36,262 nt of DNA from Octopus bimaculoides. Its lineage: Eukaryota. The DNA is taken from contig NC_068996.1 of the NCBI RefSeq assembly GCF_001194135.2, positions 57,274,953 through 57,311,214 of the forward strand, given 5' to 3'. The notes under the pieces are model-generated. The model was not told the DNA's origin and made no database searches. It worked only from the letters and a program-made list of their open reading frames with translations. How positions within the stretch are numbered: the first letter of the stretch is position 1; each line of letters begins with the position of its first letter. The position numbers were made by a program, and so were the translations under genes. Below are positions 23,495 to 34,303 of this stretch, one piece after another.

Positions 23495-24646
23495 TCGGGA
23501 TGTGTGCGCTGAAAGTGTAGCTGCTAGATTAAGAATAGCCTGGGCAAAGTTCAAAGAGCTCTTACCTCTGCTGGCGACAAAGGGACTCTCTCTCAGAGTA
23601 AAAGGCAGACTGTATGACGCATGCGTACGAACAACCATGCTACATGGCAGTGAAACATGGGCCGTGACTGCTGAGGACATGCGTAAGCTCGCAAGGAATG
23701 AAGCCAGTATGCTCCGCTGGATGTGTAATGTCAGTGTGTATACCCGTCAGTGTGTATACCCGTCAGGGTGTAAGTATCTTGAGAGAAAAGCTGAACATAA
23801 GAAGCATTAGTTGCGGTGTGCAAGAGAGACGATTGCACTGGTATGGACATGTGGTGAGAATGGATGAGGATAGCTGCGTGAAAAAGTGCCACACCCTAGC
23901 GGTTGAGGGAACCCGTGGAAGAGGTAGACTTGGGAAGACCTGGGATGAGGTGGTGAAGCACGACCTTCGAACTTTAGGCCTCACCGAGGCAATGACTAGT
24001 GACTGAGATCTTTGGAAATATGCTGTGCGTGAGAAGACCCGGCAAGCCAAGTGAGACCATAACCTGTGGACTATGCCAGGGAGTAACCAGCCCACATATG
24101 CGTACCTTTCCTTCATTGGACACTAAACTCTGCTTGCGAAGACCCGTTGAGGCAAATGAAATCGAAATCAAATTCGATTACAGCATCGCTTGACTGGCAT
24201 CCGTGCTAGTGGAGCGCTAAGAGCGTGATTGTTGCCAGGGCCGCTGACTGGCCCCCATGCCGGTGGCACGTAAAAAGCACCATTCAAGCATGATTGTTAC
24301 CAGCATTGCCTTACTGGCACTTGTGCTGGTGGTACGTGAAAAACAGCGTTCGAGCGAGGGCATTGCCAGTGCCGCCTGACTGGCTCCTGTGCCAGTGACA
24401 CGTAAAAACACCATTGGAGCATGGCCGCTGCCAGTAATGCCTGACTGGCCTTCGTGCCGGTGGCATGTAAAAGCACCCACTACACTCTCGGAGTGGTTGG
24501 CATTAAGAAAGGCATCCAGCTGTAGAAACTCTGCCAAATCAGATTGGAGCCTGGTGCAGCCATCTGGTTCACCAGTCCCCAGTCAAAACGTCCAACTCAT
24601 GCCAGCATGGAAAGTGGACGTTAAATGATGATGATGATGATGATGA
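23495..24646 (+). mobile_element. 5'-truncated RTE-clade LINE
   Basis: ESVAARLRIAWAKFKELLPLL...KGRLYDACVRTTMLHGSETW...ERRLHWYGHVVRM...GRGRLGKTW, the RTE ORF C-terminus; 3' UTR with tandem repeats and a (GAT)n tail. Confidence 0.92.
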
Positions 24647-25063
24647 CAACTATCTTCAAGAATGCACAAGGTACAAGTACTTATATGATATTCAGTAGAT
24701 TCTGCTCAACAAATTTAATTTAAATTGTATTTATATATATGCATGATACATATCATTTTGGCGGCTTTTTTCAAAAGGTGTATGAACTTATAAGACACGG
24801 CTTTAATTTCAGCTAGCATTTCCATGAAAAACCACTTGCCAGAAAGTTAAGTATTGGTCTTGTAAGTCACTGGCTGATTTTTCAGTTAGAATTTTAGGCA
24901 AGAAATGCCTTTTCCAAATTGTCAAATATGGTAATTAAAGTCTTAGATTTAGAATATATATTTACAAGGCAGGTTTGTTCTACATTGGTTTTTGAGGTTT
25001 CTTTGTTTTCAATTTGTTTGTACACCCTTTTTATATTATAACCCATTATTTCAATTGTTACAG

Positions 25064-25226
25064 AGATGCCAAGATTGCAAGGTTACTAAGGGATTCCCTT
25101 GGTAACGTGTCCTGTCGTACTTGTATGATAGCACATGTATCAGCAACCACCACGCATTATAGTGAGACGCTACAGGTAATCCAGCTTGCTTCTCGGATCC
25201 ATCGTCTGCGGAGACGGAAGATGAAG
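25064..25226 (+). CDS. KIF26: KIF26 internal exon (end of motor domain)
   Basis: Acceptor ttgttacAG, donor GTaact at 25227; 163 nt, phase 2-0. Encodes DAKIARLLRDSLGNVSCRTCMIAHVSATTTHYSETLQVIQLASRIHRLRRRKMK, the kinesin C-terminal motor helices. Confidence 0.95.
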
Positions 25227-26406
25227 GTAACTAGTGTTATTCTTGTACTCTCTCTCTCTCTCTCTCTTTTGTCATAGAGGGATTTTGCCCATCAGACACC
25301 AGCTATTTGTTTTATGTTAACATGAGAATGAAAGCATGGTCATTATACACAAATGCAATGGTTCTTACCCTGGAGTATAGCACACACATGGGTTGTTGTG
25401 AGCTTACAAGAAGGCTGTAAATATTAAGAGTATGTGATAGTTATTTAAGGGTGGTCATGTTTTCTTAGAAATAAGATGTTTATAAATCATGTACAATACT
25501 AGTATTTTAAACACATTTTCAAAACAAAATCTTTGTCAGGATTAAAATATGTTTCGGATATTGTGTTATTAGCAAGTAGAGAACATAATGATGCATTCAG
25601 GTTCAATATAATAAAATTATAATCAATTCCATTACATAAGTCCTCATCTACTTTCATAATTTCCATTTAAAAGGTTTAATAGAAGGCATTAGTGCACACA
25701 TTTATATCTAAAAGGAGGCATATATAGGACGAAGTAATATCTAAAAAAATATAGATGATAAATGGTCGCAAAAATTTAGTTTATGTGGTGGGTGTGGTAT
25801 TAGCAAAAGACAAAAAGAAAACACCATTTGGTGAGAAAGGGGTACTGAACTACAAAAGGAAAGGCACCGCTACACTAAAGTAAAACAGGGATGCAACTCA
25901 AATGTTCTCATCAGACTCCAAATGTAAGGGTCACAACTGGAGACTTACATCAACTTATATGGGCAGTCATAAATATATTTAATAAATAGTAAACTGCTGG
26001 TGTATCTAACGTAGTGAACCAAGAAATTCAAATCACTTAAAATTTCATTTTTCATTACAAGAACTATTAATTATCTAAATGATGATTTCTGTTAACAACA
26101 AAAAATACAGATCCCAATTTGTAATATTATTTATTGAATCAACTGCTAAATGTTTCTGGTACATTTTTTAATTGTATATATATGTATGATTTCATATGTG
26201 TATGTGTGTATGTTTATGTCTGTGTATGTATGTATGTATGTAAGCATGTACATGTATATGGATGAATGGATGTGTGTGTGTGTGAGTATATTTGTATGTG
26301 TATGTACATGACTTAAAGCATGCATCCATGTACACTTTCATTAATTCATTTGAACTTTTTATCATTTTTTTTTTTTTTAAACTTGATTTCTCATTGTCTT
26401 TTGCAG

Positions 26407-29400
26407 TTTTCAAGTACCAGTTCTGAAGACAGTTCTACAGATGAATCTGGAAGGTTACGACGACCTTTAAGAGGGTTTCGAATGGGTACCCTTAGAGAAG
26501 ATTTCCTCTACTCATCTTCCCTATCAGACCCAGACTGTACGTCAGGAAGCGAACAGTCATGTGACACTGTGATATATTTGGGTATCAATGGTCAGTCATT
26601 AAGCGATCGAGAACTGACTGATAATGAAGGCCCACCAAAATCCCTACCCTTGCTCCCTCGAACTAATCCACGTCTGCCACGTCGAACAAGTGGATCCAGG
26701 TCATCGGGAGATGAAGGATCTGCATCAGACACTGGTAGAAAATTTTCCCCGGTAGATTCCGGACGTGTTTCTGTCAGCAAACTATATTATAATCGGGAGC
26801 CAAGTCCACAATCGCGAATTCCTGTTATGTCGCCTGTTGCAACTCCAAGTTCCTCACAAGACTGTCCCTCTCCACCACTGGTCTCCTCTTCTACCGGTTA
26901 TCAAGTTGCCCGTAGAACAAATATTAAGCAAAAGATGCCATTATCGAAATTTAAACCTGAAGGTGGAGTGAATGGTAGACATCAGATAAACAACGAAGGT
27001 TCAGAATTTCTGGAGCAGTGGGTAGATGGTCCTGGGGCTGCTATCTATCCTGATAAAAAGAGTACGGAGCTGTGGGTTGATGGTCCTCAAGCTTTTATGG
27101 TGAGAACAGGCAATGGATCTTCAAGGAAACAACCTCGAGCTATTAAAGAAACAGACGAGGCTTTTAGGGGACGTGTCTGGGTTGCTAAGCGACGAAATGG
27201 GAATTCATCTGATGGAGATACCCAAACTTTACGCAATATAACAATGCCAAAAGAGGAATGTGAACCAGAGCGTTGGATAGATGGACCTAGCAGTGGTGCG
27301 GACATGTCCACTAGTGACACACGGGTATCTAATATCAACCAAGCGAAGCACTTTGGGCCAAGCAGCAGAAAGAAATGCCCTTCGCAAACAAACCAGCCGT
27401 CCACATCTAATCGCAAATCACCAGACAGAAGTATTGCTGTTCCACCGTCCCCAATGCTTGCTGCTCCTATTGACTCAAAAGTTATACAGCAGCAAGATGT
27501 ACCCAACCAAGGATCACGACCTGAAAGTACAGCCAGTGTGGATTCAATAAATGCTGAACCATCAGATTCAAGACCAGTAAGTTTCCATAGTAATGTACAG
27601 TCTACAGAGGATGATATTTCTGTTGAAGCAATTGCAAATAGCGTTGATAATGGTATCGAGGACGGTTTGGAAAATTTCGTTACAGGCTGGGTTGGAAGAC
27701 ATGGAACATTTCCAGATAATTCTTTACCAGCACCATGCGAAGAAAACGATCCGAACCTCGGTTTTATAGTTGATTCCTGTAATCAAGTCATAGGAAGTCT
27801 AGAGTCCTTCTCAAATTACAGCCAACCCCAAGCTTCCATCAAACCATGCCCTACAATAAACAACATTCAGCCACCATCAACAAGAATAGATCCCGTCACA
27901 GAAACAACCGACTGTGTTAGTGTGAATGCTCACACAACAAGAAGAGTTGCTGAGTGGCTGAAAACCGTTTCAACTGAAGAAGAGCAAAGCAAGCATGAAA
28001 TCAAAGCTGGAAATTCAAGTTCAAATCTCAAGTTTGGTGCTTTGAAACATGGTGGGGTTCTTGGATCTGAAACTTTAGCTTCTATTGATGCTAAAGCTCT
28101 TGGGAAAGAGATTGATAGAGTTTGGTTTACCGATGATGAAGTTAGCGGCGAACAGAAGTTTGAAGGATTCTATAATAGTGGTGATACTGTCAATGATAAC
28201 AATCCAGAGACAGAATTTGCCAACCTCCTGATTTCAAACCGTGAATCAATCTATGAAATTCATGTTGATCAACAGCTGGAACTTGCCAGGAAAAATAATC
28301 CTGATGCTACAGATGATGATACATTCAGCACTGTGTCTTTTCCAAAAGAAGATCCTGAAAGCTTGGCTATTGCACAAGAAGAGGAACGCGTTATTACTGT
28401 CCAGAAACTCAAAGCCCTTAATGCAGCTCATAGTGAACAATCAACACTAATGAGGGATGTACGAAGCCATTGTCAGTATGAAGGAAGCAAACTCTCCGAC
28501 CTCGAAGAAGTTTCTGAAGAAGAGTCTGTTTTGGAATGCAAACTATTATGTTCCCGAAATATTGATGGTGCATCAGAGCCCTGTTTATCAAAAGAAATAT
28601 TTCATGAAGATGGTGGAGCTTTTGATGTATCTGTTATAAAGCAAAATTATACTATTAACCCAACATCATCTAGCATATATATAACAACATCGAAACAACC
28701 ATTATCGGAAAATATTAGTTTGTTGTCAGACAATAATGATAACTTAGAGGTGTCAAGTTTACCAGGTTATTCAGTAATTTCACAATATGATGATGATAAA
28801 GTGTCTAAATTCTCAGGATCACAAGTCCCTGTATACAATCTTAATAATGTAACACCCTTGTCACCCTCAATGTTACAGAGACCTCTAAATAAGATCAATT
28901 CCAAGTCCAAGGAAGCTGATGTGTCGTTTTCACCAGGGAAAATTCAGTCCAAACATAGTGAGGTTACGACATCATTTAGCCTTACCAATCAAGGTTCTCA
29001 AGAATGTTCATCTCCAAAGATCCAAACAAAGTTTGTTGAGGGGTCAAGTTATAGTAATCAAGGACCAGCACTACTAACATCATCTCCAACAATTCAGAAC
29101 AAGGTGCCATCATCCGCTTATAACAGTCATGTTGGGTCATCTCTTCCACTTTCATCACCAACAACTCAAGCTAAGTATTGTAAAGGTTCACTGCCATCAT
29201 CACCATCATTGACATCATCATCAGGCCATAACAATCAAGTGCCTCATCCAACATCATCTTCATCTCCTACAGTTCAAGCTAAGCATTGCAAGGGGTCAAC
29301 AGTTTCATTAACATCATCTAGCCACAATAGTAGGGGCAAAGAGCGAGGTTCTAAAATGTCAAGGTTTGCCACACAATCAACAACATCAAATCCCCGAAAC

Positions 29401-29974
29401 AGATCTTCTGGCTCAAAATCACAATCGCCCAGTCGCTCAAGGCTTCCAATATTTAACCCTTCAAATCTTTGTCAATTGACAAAACTGCGCAAGAAAGACA
29501 AAGCAAATGTGGAAAAGACAACCCAATCAAAACCACATGATGATGGGCAAAAGGGATGGTGTAAGAGTTCTGAAACTGGAGTAGAAAAGACAACACCATC
29601 CAAAGTACATGATGAAGGACGTAGGGGACGGGTTAAAAATGCAGAAGTTGCAGTAAAGGTCAACAGAATTGTTGGTGGTGAGGAAGCTCTTTTGTCTCCT
29701 TATGCAACTGTAACAAAACCACGAGTGGTGAGACATTCAAGTAGTGGGCATTGCAGTGATAACAGTAGTACAGTAAGTACAGAAATACGTGCACAAATGG
29801 GCAGTCGGTCAGATAAGCTACATGGTGGGGGAACAAGCAGTGGATATGAAAGCATGTTAAGAGACAGTGAGGCAACTGGCTCTTCATCATCATCATCGTC
29901 AGCCCATGAAGACTCAGCTAGCGAGTGTTCGTCGAGTGATCGTAAAAAAGGGACACGGAGAAAAAAAGTACCAG
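26407..29974 (+). CDS. KIF26: KIF26 giant internal exon (Ser/Pro-rich disordered tail)
   Basis: Acceptor ttttgcAG at 26405-26406, donor GTacgt at 29975; 3568 nt, phase 0-1, open throughout (core of ORF 26320-30060). Contains KIF26 hallmark motifs SEQSCDTVIYLG, LSDRELTDNEGPP, SPYATVT, SSGHCSDNSS and SGYESMLRDSEATGS. Confidence 0.93.
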
Positions 29975-30183
29975 GTACGTATGTCCTTTCATCGTCCTTA
30001 AGACTTATAGACAACCAGACAGGTATACAACAAGAGTCAGTGGTTAGAGTGCTCAACTGATGACTATAATGTCATGCGTTCAATTCCTGTACCAGACAAT
30101 GCCTTGTCTTTAAGCAAGGCACTTCGTTCATGTTGCTCTAGTCTACTTGACTGTAAAAAATACTAGCTGACTGCTAATGCATA

Positions 30184-30229
<46 letters not shown>

Positions 30230-30231
30230 AT

Positions 30232-30241
30232 NNNNNNNNNN
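30232..30241. other. Small assembly gap within (CT)n/(TATC)n
   Basis: 10 Ns. Confidence 1.
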
Positions 30242-30252
30242 CTCTCTATCTC

Positions 30253-30287
<35 letters not shown>

Positions 30288-30981
30288 CTCCTTTCCAACT
30301 GCCCCAGGATGTCTGCTGGAGCAAGAGTGCGTAGGCCAAGAAGATGTCCATGTCTGTTCATGACCACTCAGGCACCTAAAACAATTAGCATGGTTCACAT
30401 TACCAGGTCATACTCACTTACAAATGATGGATAAGTTTGCTGTATGTTTTTGTATTGAGAATTAATTAAAAATATAATTAGTGATGCTGTGTATTGCCAT
30501 TAAAATTATGTTAAATCTTTGGAAATATCACCTACCAATGTTACTACATTACAGAATACAGGAACTATTTTTACAAAGATTCATAAAAAATATTAGGATT
30601 TTTACATTTTAAAATCTATAAATGAAATATCTTAACCTCAGTAGATAAAGGAGTATGTGTGTGTGTGTGTCTTGTACTTTTGTATGTATGTATGGCTGGA
30701 CAGATGGATGGATAGTGTCAACAGGTGAGACCCAGAGATGCTTGATATAGAAAACATGTTGCAGTGTTCAATGATTTCAACTTACACTCCAAAGTCAATA
30801 TCAAGGACTAAGTCTACAGGGGTCAAGAGTGAAAAGAGATTCATGTGAGCTGACATCGATATAGTGAGGCAGATAAATACCCTCTCCCCTTAGTCTTCTG
30901 CATTCCATGAAAGCTTGTTCTGGAAATATATGAATATCTATAAATTTATACACATGTTCATCTTCTGAATATTTTCAGGTT

Positions 30982-31091
<110 letters not shown>

Positions 31092-31436
31092 ATATATAGT
31101 TGAAATTTACAGAAAAACAAAAGACAAAGACAGGTGTATAAACAACAAGCAGGTGTATTAGTTTGATGCTTGGGAAAGTAAGAAAGTCTTTTATGTTTCG
31201 AGCCTATGCTCTACGACAGAAAGGAATAAGAGGAAATAAGCAGAGAGGGAATGAAAAAAAAATTGTGGACTTAGCGATCAATACATATATATGCATATAT
31301 GTGTGTGTGTGTGTAGTTTATTAATAAAAATGCAATAACATCACAAACTGTTACTCAGAGTTTCACAATCCCATTCATCAGATAGTTTTGGTTGAGAAAC
31401 ACATATATATACATACTTACATACTTACATACATAC

Positions 31437-31602
31437 ATTGAGAAAAAAAGTCGTCAGAATTTTGGAAAAAAATCCTTTTATTTCTTCATTATTATTAGCG
31501 CTTTCATTCTTTTCTAGAACTTGTCAAGGAATGAAAGCGCTAATAATAATGAAGAAATAAAAGGATTTTTTTCCAAAATTCTGACGACTTTTTTTTCTCA
31601 AT
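31437..31602. repeat. Long inverted repeat (73/74-bp arms, 19-nt loop)
   Basis: 31437-31509 vs 31529-31602 differ only by A7 versus T8 homopolymer length. Confidence 0.97.
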
Positions 31603-31633
31603 ATTCAGTTTCTGTACATCACACCTAACGCTC

Positions 31634-31675
<42 letters not shown>

Positions 31676-31701
31676 GATAGATATACACATACATACATAC
31701 A

Positions 31702-31735
<34 letters not shown>

Positions 31736-31912
31736 AAATTTAGATTCAGGTGAATATGGTACTTAAGTTTAGGTACCATTGATGGAGGCACAGAACAGCT
31801 GATAGGTCAACATTGTGAAAGATGAGTTTGAGGAATATAGGGTATAGAGGTTTCTTGCCTTTGGATTGTTGAGATTTCCCTTGAAATAAAACTAACTCTA
31901 TTATACTTTCAG

Positions 31913-32136
31913 GGTCCCGGCGTAGTCGTTCTGCTCCAGCTAGGTCAGCATCAGGCAGTCCACTTTGTGGCTTAAAGGGAGATGCCAATGGCCAACAGAT
32001 ACCACCTAGTCCTTCATCAAAAGCCTGGGTCGACACACGACAAATTCAGAAACTAAAAGATGAGCCAATGGAAATTCGTAATTACGACAGTGAAGACGTT
32101 GAAAGGATGCATCGTAGACGGAAAGACGAACTTGAG
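31913..32136 (+). CDS. KIF26: KIF26 internal exon (C-terminal region)
   Basis: Acceptor ttatactttcAG, donor GTaagg at 32137; 224 nt, phase 1-0, in frame with the giant exon. Encodes GSRRSRSAPARSASGSPLCGLKGDANGQQIPPSPSSKAWVDTRQIQKLKDEPMEIRNYDSEDVERMHRRRKDELE; EPMEIRNYDSEDVERM resembles the vertebrate KIF26 EPFEIKVYEIDDVERL motif. No stop codon, so the last exon(s) lie beyond the window. Confidence 0.88.
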
Positions 32137-32157
32137 GTAAGGTCTATATTATATATA

Positions 32158-33300
32158 CAGTGTCCCAAAAGTTTTATACACACACTGAATAATTATAAAG
32201 TTGGTGTTTATTAAACTACATTTCGTTTTCAAAATTTAATAGAATCTACAAACAATTTATTTTCAAACTGATGGTCATTCTGGTCTCAGACACTGCTGAT
32301 AAAGCAAAGCAATGGAATTGCAAACATCAAGGAATATTTTGCTTGGTATTTGTGTACATTCTCATTCAATGTCTTCTCTCAATTTAGTGACTGTTATCAG
32401 TTTTCTACCATAAACTCTGTCTTTTAAGTATCTCCATAAAAAAAGAAAAAAACATCTACTAGTGTGTGATCCAGTAGGTGCAGAAAGTATTTTACTGAAA
32501 TTCTACACTCAGCTTCACCTGTTTGGCAAAGTCTCATTAAAACAGGTTCTTACATTACTATGGAAGTCTGGGGGTGTCTTTTCTTGCAGGAAATAAAGTT
32601 CTACATCTTCAACATCCTCTTGAAAGTTTGGCATGACAAATTGTTACAGGAAGTTCAAATAAATGGAACCAGTCCTAGAACTGTCAAAAAAGAATGGATC
32701 AATGAATCCTTTTGATGATAAGCTTCACCATGCTTCACACTCCTGCTTAATTAACATAATGTTTTTCCATATTATGCAGATTTTCAAGTCGCAAAATAGG
32801 TGCATCTGCAATGGTTACTTTAGCCATTTGATTTAAATGAAGTCTCATTACTCAAAAAAATCTTTGTTGGAAAGTGTGCTTCTTCTACACATTTTGTCAA
32901 GACCCTACTATTTTGGTCTGGATCATCTTCATTGAGAGCATGGATGATTCTTGAAATGTAACTTTTACAATAACAATGCTTTAAAACATGATGGACGTTT
33001 CGTTTAAAAATTCTTATCTTCTGACTCATTTACCACACAGGTTTTCTTGAACTCTGTCAATGTTTCTAGTATTCTCTTTCTTGCTTTGTCAGGCTTGTCA
33101 GTGTCCACAGTCTTCTGGAACATTTCTTGTGCACATTTTGAATAGTTCCATCTGCCTCAAACTTACCACTAATTCGAGTGATGGTAAGTTGCATAGATGG
33201 ATCTGTTTAAAACTCCCTCTATGCACTTCAAATGTGTTTTCAAACTGCAATTTGCACTTCAGGCTAAATTTACTTTGTCCTAAGCTTAGTGTGATTACCT
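32158..33300 (-). mobile_element. Decayed Tc1/mariner-superfamily transposon (possibly rosa/DD41D-like)
   Basis: Minus-strand fragments: LTITRISGKFEADGTIQNVHKK, IIHALNEDDPD, FLSNETSFKSNG, IDPFFFD, LYFLQEKTPPDF and LWRYLKDRVYGRK; TA followed by TIR-like cagtgtcccaaaagtt at 32156-32173. The subfamily is an inference. Confidence 0.75.
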
Positions 33301-33436
33301 TAATTATTTTAAAGATTAAGTTATCAACTGTTAAAGTATTATACATTTCAGTGGGTGACATCATGTTTATAGTCCTTCACGATTACCTGTTTTATTATCA
33401 AATTTTTTCACATCATCTTGTTCATATTCTGATAGA

Positions 33437-33474
<38 letters not shown>

Positions 33475-34303
33475 NNNNNNNNNNNNNNNNNNNNNNNNNN
33501 NNNNNNNNNNNNNNNNNNNNNNNNNNNNNNNNNNNNNNNNNNNNNNNNNNNNNNNNNNNNNNNNNNNNNNNNNNNNNNNNNNNNNNNNNNNNNNNNNNNN
33601 NNNNNNNNNNNNNNNNNNNNNNNNNNNNNNNNNNNNNNNNNNNNNNNNNNNNNNNNNNNNNNNNNNNNNNNNNNNNNNNNNNNNNNNNNNNNNNNNNNNN
33701 NNNNNNNNNNNNNNNNNNNNNNNNNNNNNNNNNNNNNNNNNNNNNNNNNNNNNNNNNNNNNNNNNNNNNNNNNNNNNNNNNNNNNNNNNNNNNNNNNNNN
33801 NNNNNNNNNNNNNNNNNNNNNNNNNNNNNNNNNNNNNNNNNNNNNNNNNNNNNNNNNNNNNNNNNNNNNNNNNNNNNNNNNNNNNNNNNNNNNNNNNNNN
33901 NNNNNNNNNNNNNNNNNNNNNNNNNNNNNNNNNNNNNNNNNNNNNNNNNNNNNNNNNNNNNNNNNNNNNNNNNNNNNNNNNNNNNNNNNNNNNNNNNNNN
34001 NNNNNNNNNNNNNNNNNNNNNNNNNNNNNNNNNNNNNNNNNNNNNNNNNNNNNNNNNNNNNNNNNNNNNNNNNNNNNNNNNNNNNNNNNNNNNNNNNNNN
34101 NNNNNNNNNNNNNNNNNNNNNNNNNNNNNNNNNNNNNNNNNNNNNNNNNNNNNNNNNNNNNNNNNNNNNNNNNNNNNNNNNNNNNNNNNNNNNNNNNNNN
34201 NNNNNNNNNNNNNNNNNNNNNNNNNNNNNNNNNNNNNNNNNNNNNNNNNNNNNNNNNNNNNNNNNNNNNNNNNNNNNNNNNNNNNNNNNNNNNNNNNNNN
34301 NNN
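33475..34303. other. Assembly gap (N run)
   Basis: Ns. Confidence 1.

Noticed and set aside
24192-24480. Repeat array as a possible CRISPR
   Set aside because: Degenerate contiguous units with no unique spacers, inside a LINE 3' UTR in a eukaryotic intron, with no cas genes.
26320-26406. N-terminal 29 aa of the 1246-aa ORF (MHPCTLSL...LLQ) as a start or signal peptide
   Set aside because: It is the polypyrimidine tract and acceptor of the intron; the upstream exon splices in frame at 26407.
27087-30056. Minus-strand and alternate-frame ORFs overlapping the giant exon
   Set aside because: Shadow ORFs of the real coding frame with no independent motifs.
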